A model generated the notes under the pieces. It did no database searches, was not told where the DNA came from, and saw nothing but the letters and a program-made list of their open reading frames with translations. Made by a program: the position numbers and the translations under genes. A stretch of 64,000 nucleotides of DNA from the NCBI GenBank assembly GCA_963666365.2, contig CAXXNF010000001.1, forward strand, positions 1,152,001 through 1,216,000, in the 5' to 3' direction. This document shows positions 18,386-28,418 of the stretch, piece by piece. Every line of letters starts with the position of its first letter. Within the stretch, counting starts at the first letter, position 1. Source of the DNA: Syntrophales bacterium. Lineage in GTDB: Bacteria > Desulfobacterota > Syntrophia > Syntrophales > UBA2210.

Positions 18386-20242
18386 ATGGACGAGCTGTCA
18401 TCGACATTTGATCTTTTGAGGGCAAGATTTTCAGACTACGAGGACAGGCAGGAACAACGTGAAATGGCTCTTGAGGTCATGCGGTGTCTCAGCGACGGAC
18501 AGGATCTTCTCGTCGAGGCGGGAACGGGCGTGGGAAAGTCTTTTGCCTATCTAATTCCTGCGATACTGTCCGGGCAAAAAACGGTGGTGTCCACCTCGTC
18601 ACTGGCACTTCAGGAACAGCTGGTGAAAAAGGATCTCGTCTTTCTCAAGAAGATGCTGCCGGGGCGCTTTTCCTTCGCCGTCCTCAAGGGAAGAAACAAC
18701 TACCTCTGCCTGAGAAAGGACCGTGAATTCGCCGGCCAAGGAAAACCCTATGAGCGGTTCTGCCGGTGGCGTGAGAAAACCAAAACCGGAGAGAAACAGG
18801 ACCTTTCCTTTAATCCTTCCTTCTGGCCGGAGATTTCCGGCGACGCGCGGGACTGCACCGGCAGGCTCTGCTCCTTTTTTGATGCCTGTTTCTATTACCG
18901 TCATTGGCGGCGGCTTTACCAGCGGGATATTGTCGTGGTGAATCATCATCTCCTTATCTATGACGTCCTGTCGGATTTTCACGTGCTCCCCTTCCATGAT
19001 CGTCTGATCATAGACGAAGCCTCCGACTTGGAAGAGGTCATCTCACAGGTATTCGGCAGTACGCTGAGTTTAAGCCGCACGTCATGGCTCCTATCCCGTC
19101 TCAAGAGTGTAAAGATCAACGTTGATAAACTTTTCCCGATGGCGGAAGCGTTCTTCACCGGGCCGCCTTCATCAGGAGAGGCTGTTGCACCTGTCCCTCC
19201 GCACTTGACAGAGGAACTGAAGCGTTTTCGTGAACGATTAGATTTGAAAAAGGTTATCTCCGCGCTGGAAACGCGAAGGGAATGGACCACTGACGAAGAA
19301 TTGCGCGAAGGGCTTGAAAAAATAATCAGCATCACGGCATCTTTTTCCGCCGATCTGGACGACTTTATCACCCAGAACGACCGCCAACGGGTATTTTATG
19401 TCCTGCCAAGGGGAAAAACCCTTGAATTTAAAAGCAGTCTTATCGAATCAAATCAGGCCTTTACCCATCTTTGCGCCGCCTATCAATCAGTAGTTCTGAC
19501 CTCGGCAACGCTGGCGTCGGGAGGCAGCTTCTCCTATATCAAAAAACGGCTGGGAATCGACGGGTTTGCGGAAAAGATCGTTGCATCTCCCTTTGATTAC
19601 AGGCACAAAGCCCTCCTCTACATCGACGGCACGCTGCCGGAGCCGGAAGGCGGCAGCGACGAAATTTTTCAGCACAAGAGCCTGGCCGTCATAGAAGAAC
19701 TCGTGGAGGCCTCACAGGGACGGGCGCTGGTGCTCTTCACCTCATACCGGCACCTTTACTATGCGGCCGCCCACACAGTTATGTCCTACCCCTTCAGGTC
19801 GCAGGGAGACATGCCGCCGGCCAAGCTTATCAACTGGTTCAAACAAACCCCCCACTCCGTTCTTTTCGCCACGGCCACTTTCTGGCAGGGGATCGACATC
19901 AGGGGAGACGATCTCAGTCTCGTGATTATCGTACGGCTTCCTTTCAGTTCGCCGGGAGATCCGCTCTACCAGGAACGCTGCAAACGGCTCGGGAACAGAT
20001 GGTTTCGAGAGCTTGCCCTTCCTTCGGCCATACTCTCGCTCAGACAGGGGTTCGGACGGCTCATTCGCAGTTATGAAGACAGCGGTGTGGTCGCCATTCT
20101 GGACAGGCGGGTGGTCAAAAGTTCCTACGGCAGGAAGATTCTGGAGTCCCTTCCGCCCGCACCCGTCACCTTTGCCATTGAAGAGGTGAAACGTTTTTTC
20201 GATACACTGCCGGAGGCGGTGAGAAAAAATTCCACACAGTAA
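18386..20242 (+). CDS. DinG/YoaA-family ATP-dependent DNA helicase
   Basis: EAGTGVGKS Walker A, KGRNNYLC, FeS cysteines (CTGRLC..AC), DEAS, TSATL, LVLFTSY and QGFGRLIR motifs. Confidence 0.92.
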   Translation: MDELSSTFDLLRARFSDYEDRQEQREMALEVMRCLSDGQDLLVEAGTGVGKSFAYLIPAILSGQKTVVSTSSLALQEQLVKKDLVFLKKMLPGRFSFAVLKGRNNYLCLRKDREFAGQGKPYERFCRWREKTKTGEKQDLSFNPSFWPEISGDARDCTGRLCSFFDACFYYRHWRRLYQRDIVVVNHHLLIYDVLSDFHVLPFHDRLIIDEASDLEEVISQVFGSTLSLSRTSWLLSRLKSVKINVDKLFPMAEAFFTGPPSSGEAVAPVPPHLTEELKRFRERLDLKKVISALETRREWTTDEELREGLEKIISITASFSADLDDFITQNDRQRVFYVLPRGKTLEFKSSLIESNQAFTHLCAAYQSVVLTSATLASGGSFSYIKKRLGIDGFAEKIVASPFDYRHKALLYIDGTLPEPEGGSDEIFQHKSLAVIEELVEASQGRALVLFTSYRHLYYAAAHTVMSYPFRSQGDMPPAKLINWFKQTPHSVLFATATFWQGIDIRGDDLSLVIIVRLPFSSPGDPLYQERCKRLGNRWFRELALPSAILSLRQGFGRLIRSYEDSGVVAILDRRVVKSSYGRKILESLPPAPVTFAIEEVKRFFDTLPEAVRKNSTQ

Positions 20243-20352
20243 ATACCCTGAGGATATGATATCATCATCCGTAAAGCGGCTTTTTCCCCTTCAGGAACTG
20301 TGATGCTATTTAGATGTTCATTCTTTGAATTGAACTTTGGAGTGTAATAGAC

Positions 20353-22149
20353 ATGTTTCGCATCCGTCGCATCTATGATGACACCCTTCCACGGGATCAA
20401 CGGGCCATCGTCCAGGTTCAGGCCATTCTTCGCACCCGTTTCAAGGCCCTCAACGAGCAGGATATCGCGAAAACCACCCGCCAGTTGAAGGACCCCCTTA
20501 AATATCGATTCCGTTCGATTCTCTTTGTGGCCGAAGACGCAAAGGGGGATGTGAAGGGCTTTGCCCTGCTTCAGCACGCCCCCGACGTGGGATTCTGTGT
20601 ACTCGATTATATTTCCATAGAATCGGAGCGGGCAGGCCGTGGGGTGGGCGGCGCCCTCTACGACAGAGTGCGGGAAGAGGCGGCCAGTCTTACCGAAATC
20701 GGGCTTTTTTTCGAGTGTCTTCCCGATGATCCGAAGCTCTGCAGGGACGAGGCGGAACGCGCACAGAGTCGACGGCGCCTGAAATTTTACGAACAGTACG
20801 GCGCCTATCCGATTATCGGCACGGCCTATGAAACCCCCTTTAGACCGGAGGATGACTGTCCACCCTATCTTGTCTTCGATCCCCTGGGAAGGATCGTGTC
20901 GCTTTCTGCAGATATCCTGCGAACCATCATTTATGCTATTCTCACGAGAAAATACGGAAAGTCCTGTCCGCCGGGATACATCGACATGATCCTCCACTCC
21001 GTTGTCGACGACCCCGTCCGTCTCCGTGCACCCCACTACAGGCGGACTAGTCCCGCGGCGCCTGTTCACACCACGAAATCGCTCGAAAAACGCATCGCCC
21101 TGGTAGTGAACGACAAACATCTGATCCACCATGTCCATGAACGGGGCTATGTGGAGGCGCCTGTGCGAATCGATCGCATCCTGGAGGGCATAAAGGATCT
21201 CAAGGTATTCGATCGGATCAATCCACGACATTTTCCAGAGCGTCATATCAAGGCGGTGCATGCAAACCGCTATGTGGAATATTTCAAACGGATGTGCATG
21301 CATATGAAGCCGGAGGAATCCGTCTACCCCTATGTATTTCCGATCCGGAACAATGCCCGCCCGCCGAAAGAGATGCCTGTCCGAGCGGGATATTACTGCA
21401 TTGATACCTTTACCCCCCTGAACCGAAACGCCTATCTCGCAGCCGTGCGTGCCGTGGATTGCACCCTGACGGCGGCCCATGCGATTCTGGAAGGCTATCG
21501 CCTTGCCTATGCCCTGGTGCGCCCGCCGGGGCACCATGCGGAACGGAGCGCCTTCGGAGGGTTTTGTTACTTTAATTCCTCGGCGGTAACGGCGCATTTT
21601 CTTTCTACCTATGGAAGGCTCGCCGTTCTCGATATTGATTACCACCACGGGAACGGAACGCAGGAAATTTTTTATGAGCGTCCCGATGTGCTGACGATTT
21701 CCATCCACGGTCACCCGCATTTCGCCTACCCCTACTTCAGCGGTTTCCCCGCTGAACGGGGAGAAGGGACAGGGAAAGGCTTCAATATAAATTATGCCCT
21801 TCCGGAAAGCCTTGAGGGTGCAGCATATACAAAGGTACTTGAGAAGGCATTGAAAAGAATCACGCGATTTCGGCCGCACTTTCTCATCGTTGCTCTGGGA
21901 CTGGATACGGCCAGGGGAGATCCTACGGGAACATGGAATCTGCTGCCGAAGGATTTTCATACAAACGGCCATCGCATCGGATCGCTCCGCCTTCCCACAA
22001 TTATCGTCCAGGAAGGAGGCTATCGGACCCGCTCGCTGGGGTTAAACGCCCGCGAGTTTTTACGAGGCCTCTGGGAAGGGTTTCAGGGCTTCTCTTCCGA
22101 AAAAAAAGATAAGCGGATACCCTCACCAGCACAGAAAGGATCACCATAA
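20353..22149 (+). CDS. GNAT acetyltransferase fused to a histone-deacetylase/acetylpolyamine amidohydrolase domain
   Basis: N-terminal LDYI..RAGRGVGGALY..FYEQYG (GNAT); C-terminal RPPGHHA, GGFCYFN, DIDYHHGNGTQ, GLDT..GDP and QEGGY. Confidence 0.9.
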   Translation: MFRIRRIYDDTLPRDQRAIVQVQAILRTRFKALNEQDIAKTTRQLKDPLKYRFRSILFVAEDAKGDVKGFALLQHAPDVGFCVLDYISIESERAGRGVGGALYDRVREEAASLTEIGLFFECLPDDPKLCRDEAERAQSRRRLKFYEQYGAYPIIGTAYETPFRPEDDCPPYLVFDPLGRIVSLSADILRTIIYAILTRKYGKSCPPGYIDMILHSVVDDPVRLRAPHYRRTSPAAPVHTTKSLEKRIALVVNDKHLIHHVHERGYVEAPVRIDRILEGIKDLKVFDRINPRHFPERHIKAVHANRYVEYFKRMCMHMKPEESVYPYVFPIRNNARPPKEMPVRAGYYCIDTFTPLNRNAYLAAVRAVDCTLTAAHAILEGYRLAYALVRPPGHHAERSAFGGFCYFNSSAVTAHFLSTYGRLAVLDIDYHHGNGTQEIFYERPDVLTISIHGHPHFAYPYFSGFPAERGEGTGKGFNINYALPESLEGAAYTKVLEKALKRITRFRPHFLIVALGLDTARGDPTGTWNLLPKDFHTNGHRIGSLRLPTIIVQEGGYRTRSLGLNAREFLRGLWEGFQGFSSEKKDKRIPSPAQKGSP

Positions 22150-22375
22150 GAATGGAGGAGTCCGTTGTGTCCAATGGTCGTGCCGCATCTTCCAACTTAT
22201 GTTTTTTTTAATTAAAAACTTGACTTTTTATCACTGCACATCTACAAATTAGCAAAGTTACTACGATATTAATCCTACACGAATACGAAGGCGGATCAGA
22301 ATCGCAAAGGGTTTTGTATCCCTTCGGCAACGTCTTAAGAAGTCGATTTTTTTCATTTTGAAAAATGCACAGGCC

Positions 22376-22405
22376 GGGGAATCTTTCATATTTGAAAGAT
22401 TCCCC
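22376..22405. promoter_or_regulatory. Perfect 13-bp inverted repeat in the adh-aor leader
   Basis: GGGGAATCTTTCA-TATT-TGAAAGATTCCCC. Confidence 0.5.
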
Positions 22406-22492
22406 TCTCCGAACAGCATGGTGGAAGCCACGTATCTTGACTGTATGAGATCATCAAATATGAGTTTCTGACCAAAGAAAGGGGGTAGATGT

Positions 22493-23764
22493 ATGAGCTA
22501 TTGGTTTCAGGATGAGGGTTTAAAGGGTCTTTTGCCTCTGGCGACATCCACTTCAATGAAAGGACTTACCACCTTCTTCAATATCCCGAGCCTCGTCATG
22601 GGAGCAAACGCCCTGCCCGAGGGCATGGTGATCGGGCCGTCGGTAATAGATTTTCTGGGTTCCGTCTGTACAAAGAAGAGGGCGTTCATCGTAACCGACG
22701 AAGTATGCGAAAAGTACACGAAAAAAGTGGTAAACTCCTTTTCAATGGGGGGATTTACCACCACTGTCTGGAACAAGGCGCTACCGGAGGCGCCCCTTGA
22801 CATCGTTCAAGAATGCAGTAAAGAGATGAATAAATTTGAGCCCGACCTCGTGGTTGCCGTCGGAGGGGGGTCGGTTATGGACGGCGCGAAAGGCGCCTGG
22901 GTGCTCTATGAACGGCCGGATATTACGGACCTTCGCACACAAATCAGCCCCCTTGAACTTATTGGGTTGAGGAAAAAGGCCTTTTTTGCGGCAATTCCCA
23001 CCACGAGCGGGACGGGATCCGAATGCACTCCCGTTGCGGTGCTTCATGATACGGAAACACATCGAAAGATTCCCATCGCAGGGGGAGAACTGGTGCCCGA
23101 TGCAGCCATCCTGGTGCCCGAGTTCACCATGGGAATGCCGCCGAAGATCACCGCCGGGACGGGCCTTGACGCCCTGGCTCACGCGATAGACGGCATTATG
23201 ACTCCCGCCGCCAACGAACTTACCGATGCCATGGGGCTGGGAGCAATCAAGCTGGTCTACAAATTTCTTCCCCGCGCCTACCGCAACGGAAAAGATCGCG
23301 AGGCCCGTCACAGGATGCAAGTGGCCGCCTGTATGGCGGGCATCGGTTTCGGCCAGAACAGCGCCGCCCTTACTCACAGCTTCGGCCATTCTCTCGGTTC
23401 CATGTTCGGAATCCATCACGGCCTTGCCGTGGGAATCTTCATTCCCTATTCGCTGCAATACTACAAGACGGTTTCTGACCGGCACCTGGAAATCTGCGAC
23501 GTCCTCAAAATACCCGAGGGCTCCGATGAGGCGCGCCTCGATATGCTGGTGGAGAAGATCCGTGCGCTTCTGCGTGAACTCGACACACCGCTCAGTCTGA
23601 AGGATCTGGGAATCCCGGCCGACAAATTCCGGGAAGTGATGGACGAGCTTGTACTGTTCACCACCGAGGATATCGATACCTTTTTCAGTCCCCGGCCGAT
23701 TACAGCGGATCAGTGTGTAAAAATCTTCGAATATGCCTATGACGGCAAGGACATAGATTTCTAA
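22493..23764 (+). CDS. Iron-containing alcohol dehydrogenase
   Basis: VGGGSVMDGAK, IPTTSGTGSE, GLDALAHA and HSFGH..HG metal ligands. Confidence 0.92.
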   Translation: MSYWFQDEGLKGLLPLATSTSMKGLTTFFNIPSLVMGANALPEGMVIGPSVIDFLGSVCTKKRAFIVTDEVCEKYTKKVVNSFSMGGFTTTVWNKALPEAPLDIVQECSKEMNKFEPDLVVAVGGGSVMDGAKGAWVLYERPDITDLRTQISPLELIGLRKKAFFAAIPTTSGTGSECTPVAVLHDTETHRKIPIAGGELVPDAAILVPEFTMGMPPKITAGTGLDALAHAIDGIMTPAANELTDAMGLGAIKLVYKFLPRAYRNGKDREARHRMQVAACMAGIGFGQNSAALTHSFGHSLGSMFGIHHGLAVGIFIPYSLQYYKTVSDRHLEICDVLKIPEGSDEARLDMLVEKIRALLRELDTPLSLKDLGIPADKFREVMDELVLFTTEDIDTFFSPRPITADQCVKIFEYAYDGKDIDF

Positions 23765-23775
23765 GGAGGGAAGCG

Positions 23776-25602
23776 ATGAAGGGATATCATGGACGTTTTC
23801 TGAACGTCGATTTAAAAAATACTACTACGAGCGATATGCCGCTTGCCGAGGAAGACCTCAGGCAGTTCATCGGAGGCGCGACTCTTGCGGCAAAACTGAT
23901 CTACGACCACGTCACAGGAGATATGGACCCGCTGGGGCCGGAAAACCCGCTGGTCTTTGCAACCGGACCCCTGACCGGTACACCGATTCCCATGGTAAGC
24001 CGGTTCGCTGTCTGCGGAATCTCGCCGCTCACAGGTCTCTGGGGAGAAGCCACAAGCGGCGGTTCGTTCGGGTTTCGCCTCAAGGGTTCTGGCTACGACG
24101 GCATCTTTTTCACGAATGCCTCCGATGCACCGGTGTACCTCTATCTCGATAAAGATGTAGCGGAACTGCGCGATGCATCGCACCTTTGGGGAAAAGACAG
24201 TTATGAAACACAGAAGATTCTCTTCGAAGAAGTGGGTGAAAAAGGTGTCAGCATTGCCTGCATCGGTGTGGCGGGCGAAAAGATGGCGAGGACGGCAAGT
24301 ATCCTTAATGACGAAGGACGTGCCGTGGGACGATGCGGCATCGGCGCTATCATGGGTTCGAAAAATCTGAAGGCGGTGGTGGTTGCGGGAAACCAGCGGG
24401 CGCAGATCGCCGACCAGGGAGCGCTGAGAGCGGTGATTAAGGAGGTTATGGATGTCATACGGGGCAATTTCATCTCCGTTGCCTTCCGTGAATACGGAAC
24501 CCTTATGTACATGGACATGGGCATGACGCTCGGTGACGTGCCGGTCAAATATTTTCAGAAAAGCATTTTCCCCGTACAGAAATTAACCGGACATGCCCTG
24601 AGGCAGAACTATGTCGTGGAGAACTATGCCTGCATGGGCTGTCCCGTAGGATGCGGCCGCACGATCAAGGAATTTCACGGGACGGAAACGATCGACGGTC
24701 CTGAATATGAGACGGTGGTCGCCTTCGGACCGCTCTGCATGAACTTCGACTGGGATTCGATCATCCGCGCAAACCAGATGTGCAACGCCCACGGCATTGA
24801 TACCATATCGGCGGGCGTCGCCATCGCCTACGCCATGTATCTCTTCGAAAAAGGGGCCTTGACGCGGGAAAGGGCCGGTATGGACATCAACTGGGGCGAC
24901 AGTGAAGCCATTGTAAAACTTCTTGATATGACTATCAAGCGCGAAGGCATAGGCGACCTTCTGTCCCAGGGAACCCTGGCCATGGCGAAAGAATTCGGCC
25001 GCGATCCCGGTGAAGCGGCGCAGGTCAAGGGCATGGAAATGCCCATGCACGACGACCGGGCCTTCCACGGCATGGCAATCTCCTATGCCACCGGTCCGCG
25101 GGGCGCCTGTCATCTCAAAGGAGATTATTACAACATAGAGCTGGGAAGCTTCATCGCAGAGTATATGCTGCTGCCAGGCGATCGCTTCTCATCGGTGGGC
25201 AAAGGAGAAGCAGCGGCAAAATACCAGAGTTTCAAAGACTTGTTCGATTCCCTCACGCTCTGTAAATTCTCACCCATGACGCCGACGCAGATCTGCAAGG
25301 CATTGACGGCGGTGACGGGTGAGAACATCACGCCGGAAGAGCTGCTTCAGGCCGGCGATCGTTCGATCAACATAAAACGAGCGATAAGTAATAAACTAGG
25401 GCTTACCCGGGAAGGGGACAGGGTGCCGAAGATCTGTCTTGAACCGCTCGATGAGGGAAGCGCCGCGGGATCCGTTCCCGATATGGATCTCATGCTCAAG
25501 GACTATTACGCCTATCGGGGCTGGGACTGGGAAACGGGACGGCCTTCGAAGGCGAAGCTGGAAGAACTGGGACTGAAGCAGGCGGCATCGGATCTGCATT
25601 AG
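23776..25602 (+). CDS. aor: Aldehyde:ferredoxin oxidoreductase (W/Mo-pterin AOR family)
   Basis: GPLTG..SPLTG, GRCGIGAIMGSKNLKA, CMGCPVGC, GPEYET, GIDTIS and RGACH motifs. Confidence 0.92.
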   Translation: MKGYHGRFLNVDLKNTTTSDMPLAEEDLRQFIGGATLAAKLIYDHVTGDMDPLGPENPLVFATGPLTGTPIPMVSRFAVCGISPLTGLWGEATSGGSFGFRLKGSGYDGIFFTNASDAPVYLYLDKDVAELRDASHLWGKDSYETQKILFEEVGEKGVSIACIGVAGEKMARTASILNDEGRAVGRCGIGAIMGSKNLKAVVVAGNQRAQIADQGALRAVIKEVMDVIRGNFISVAFREYGTLMYMDMGMTLGDVPVKYFQKSIFPVQKLTGHALRQNYVVENYACMGCPVGCGRTIKEFHGTETIDGPEYETVVAFGPLCMNFDWDSIIRANQMCNAHGIDTISAGVAIAYAMYLFEKGALTRERAGMDINWGDSEAIVKLLDMTIKREGIGDLLSQGTLAMAKEFGRDPGEAAQVKGMEMPMHDDRAFHGMAISYATGPRGACHLKGDYYNIELGSFIAEYMLLPGDRFSSVGKGEAAAKYQSFKDLFDSLTLCKFSPMTPTQICKALTAVTGENITPEELLQAGDRSINIKRAISNKLGLTREGDRVPKICLEPLDEGSAAGSVPDMDLMLKDYYAYRGWDWETGRPSKAKLEELGLKQAASDLH

Positions 25603-25636
25603 TAAGCCGACAGATCACAGAGAACGCTACCGGCCG

Positions 25637-25676
25637 TGCCGGGCATGTGGAACGCACCACTGCCCGGCATTTTTTT
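25637..25676 (+). terminator. Intrinsic terminator of adh-aor
   Basis: TGCCGGGCA..GTGG-loop-CCAC TGCCCGGCA followed by a T7 tract. Confidence 0.8.
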
Positions 25677-25814
25677 CTGTGTTCACACGAGAAGAGTATG
25701 GTAATACTCACCGTAATACATCCGGGTATCATCACTACCATGGTTTTTGAATGACATCCCCGGTTTTATTAAGTTTCTGCCGCTGCGACCCTGAAGGGAA
25801 ATGCTGCCTTTGCT

Positions 25815-28085
25815 ATGAACACCACTCACACTACCCACACACTCGGCACCTTTCTCGGTGTTTTCACGCCCACCATCCTGACGATTCTCGGTGTCATCAT
25901 GTACCTGCGCGTCGGCTGGCTGGTGGGACATCTGGGGTTGTACCGCATTATTATTATCGTCATACTGGCAAACGCCATCACGCTCATCACCACAATTTCC
26001 TTTTCGTCGGTGGCCACGAACATCCGGGTGGGAGTGGGCGGCGCCTACTATATTATATCGCGAAGCCTGGGACTCGAGATCGGCGGCGCTATCGGACTCC
26101 CTCTCTTTTTATCGCAAGTGTGTTCCGTTACGCTCTATGCCTTCGGTCTTGCTGAATCGCTTCGCTTTGTCTGGCCCGATATTCCCATCAAGACAGCCGC
26201 GTTCATTATCGTAATCGCCGTAGGGGTTCTCTCGATGGCCGGGGCGAGGCTTGCCCTGAAGATACAGATACCCATCATGGCCCTGATTGTGCTTTCGATT
26301 ACGGCGCTTACCGCCGGCGCCCTTTCCCAGGGCTGGGGGAAACCCTTTCCTCCGGATTATCATTCCGGCGATGTCGGTTTCTGGATGGGATTCGCCATTT
26401 TCTTTCCCGCCGTAACAGGAGTGATGGCGGGACTGGGCCTTTCGGGAGATTTAAAGAATCCGGGAAGGTCCATCCCCATTGGGGCACTGTCCGCCGTGCT
26501 TGCAGGATTTGCGATCTACCTTACCGTTCCCATTCTGCTTTTTGTCGGTGCCTCCGGTGAAGCACTTAAAAATAATGTGCTGATATGGACCGAGCTTGCC
26601 CCTCTTGGGGCCTGGGTCATTCTTCCGGGGCTGTGGGGAGCGATTTTTTCCTCCGCCGTGGGATCAATGCTGGGCGCGCCCAGGACGCTTCAGGCACTGG
26701 CGAAGGATCATCTGGCCCCTCGTTTTCTGGGATGGGCGACGGGCGACTGGAAAGAACTTGTGCCGGGACTGATCGTATCACTGATCATTGCCCTGGGAGC
26801 CGTCTTTCTCGGCAATCTGAACGCCGTGGCGACCGTGGTGACGGTGTTCTTTCTTACCACCTACGGGATGATCAATATCGTCGCCGCCCTTGAGACCTTG
26901 AGCGGCGACACCTCATGGCGGCCGAAACTGAAGGCGCCCTGGGCCGTCAACCTGGCCGGAGGCATCGCCTGTCTGGCAGTCATCTTCCTTATCAATGCCC
27001 CGGCCGGCGTTATTGCCATCCTTTTTGAGGTCATGCTCTGGCTTCTTCTTTCAAAGCGGCAGACAACGGCCCGCTGGGGCGACGCCCGGAGGGGAATTTA
27101 CGAATCCCTGGTGCGATGGGCGCTGCTCCGTCTGGCCCGGCGCCCCATGAGCGCCCGGAATTGGCGGCCCCATGTACTGGTCTTTGTATCAGACCCCCTG
27201 CAAAGTCTCGACCTGGTCCGGTTCGGCAACTGGTTCAGTCAGGGACGCGGCGTGGTCACCGTCTGTCACCTCATGGTGGGCGATCTTGTCCATGACGACA
27301 TTGATGTGATGGAAAAGCACGAGGAAATTCAACAACTCCTCGATGATGAGGGGCTTTCGGTATTCGCCGAGTTCAACCTGGTCAACAATATCGTCGAAGG
27401 CATCACCAATGTGTCTCAGGCAAACGGCATTGCAGGGATTGAGAGCAATACCATACTTGTGGGATGGCCACAGGAACGTCATTTCTTCGCCGATTTTCTT
27501 CGGGTCATGCGCCGTCTGGAAAAAATGAAAAAATCCTTCATCATCGGACGGATCAAACCCCGATATCTTTTCCCCCGTGAAGGGGTGGAGCGGACCATCC
27601 ACGTCTGGTGGGGCGGACTGAAATACAATGGCGATCTTATGCTGCTCCTGGCCTATCTGCTCACTCTCAATCAAGAGTGGCATGAAACAAAAATCGAGGT
27701 TCTCAGCATCGCCTCCAATGAGATGGCAAAGAGCGCAACCGAAAGTTATCTGGCAAAGCTGCTTGCTGAAATCCGCATCAAAGCGGACGCAAAAGTATTC
27801 GTGAAATCACCGGATACAACCATTCGCGACATGATTCACGAAAAAAGCACGGACGCCGAAGTCGTCGTATTCGGTCTCGCCGTCCCGGAAGAAGGAAAGG
27901 AAGACACCTACGTGGAGCGGCTGGAAGAACTGGCCGGAAACATTCCCGTCGTATTTTTTGTCAAAAATTCCAGCGTATTCATAGGCGAGCTGCTTCAGCC
28001 GAACGGCGAAGAGGAAACGGAGGGAGTCATTGTGGAGGAGTCTTCACCCACTGGCAGCGATCCGGGTCCCGAGAGTACAGATTGA
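25815..28085 (+). CDS. SLC12/cation-chloride cotransporter-like amino-acid-permease-family protein
   Basis: GVFTPTILTILGVIMYLR, GGAYYIISRSLG.EIGGAIG, FFPAVTG and NWRPHVLV motifs; C-terminal cytoplasmic domain with VWWGG..NGDLMLLLAYLL. Confidence 0.88.
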   Translation: MNTTHTTHTLGTFLGVFTPTILTILGVIMYLRVGWLVGHLGLYRIIIIVILANAITLITTISFSSVATNIRVGVGGAYYIISRSLGLEIGGAIGLPLFLSQVCSVTLYAFGLAESLRFVWPDIPIKTAAFIIVIAVGVLSMAGARLALKIQIPIMALIVLSITALTAGALSQGWGKPFPPDYHSGDVGFWMGFAIFFPAVTGVMAGLGLSGDLKNPGRSIPIGALSAVLAGFAIYLTVPILLFVGASGEALKNNVLIWTELAPLGAWVILPGLWGAIFSSAVGSMLGAPRTLQALAKDHLAPRFLGWATGDWKELVPGLIVSLIIALGAVFLGNLNAVATVVTVFFLTTYGMINIVAALETLSGDTSWRPKLKAPWAVNLAGGIACLAVIFLINAPAGVIAILFEVMLWLLLSKRQTTARWGDARRGIYESLVRWALLRLARRPMSARNWRPHVLVFVSDPLQSLDLVRFGNWFSQGRGVVTVCHLMVGDLVHDDIDVMEKHEEIQQLLDDEGLSVFAEFNLVNNIVEGITNVSQANGIAGIESNTILVGWPQERHFFADFLRVMRRLEKMKKSFIIGRIKPRYLFPREGVERTIHVWWGGLKYNGDLMLLLAYLLTLNQEWHETKIEVLSIASNEMAKSATESYLAKLLAEIRIKADAKVFVKSPDTTIRDMIHEKSTDAEVVVFGLAVPEEGKEDTYVERLEELAGNIPVVFFVKNSSVFIGELLQPNGEEETEGVIVEESSPTGSDPGPESTD
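27717..27778 (+). repeat. 62-bp segment of the cotransporter gene, duplicated at 33192-33253
   Basis: 60/62 identity by direct comparison. Confidence 0.9.
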
Positions 28086-28338
28086 ACCTCACAATCAATT
28101 CGGTCGAAACAGCTTCCATTCTTCTAAAAAGCTCCCCATACCGACGGACCGGCATTACAGTGGAACGTACATGATGCCGGTATCACTTTTCTCGGCTGCA
28201 TTCTTTTTCAGTTGGCGCTGTTGAGAGGGATGGGGTGGTCCCCGGCTCAGACCGGTGTTCCGACCATGCAGCGTCTCGCGAAGCGGTCCCGGCGAGCTCG
28301 CCCTTCGCGCTCGAACAGCGTATCGGGAAAAAAGATTT

Positions 28339-28418
28339 TCGCGCAGAGGCGCAGGGGCGCTGAGGACAAGAGGAAATAAAAATTTTCTGCCTCTTGGCGT
28401 CTGCGGGAGAAAATGAAT
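28339..28418 (+). repeat. ~80-bp CGCAGAG-type intergenic repeat, copy 1
   Basis: TCGCGCAGAGGCGCAGGGGCGCTGAGG...CTGCCTCTTG..GCGGGAGAAAATGAA matches the reverse complement of 45090-45167. Confidence 0.75.

Noticed and set aside
20125..21972. 615-aa ORF on the minus strand
   Set aside because: It is antisense to the motif-rich GNAT-HDAC gene and has no recognisable motifs; a shadow ORF.
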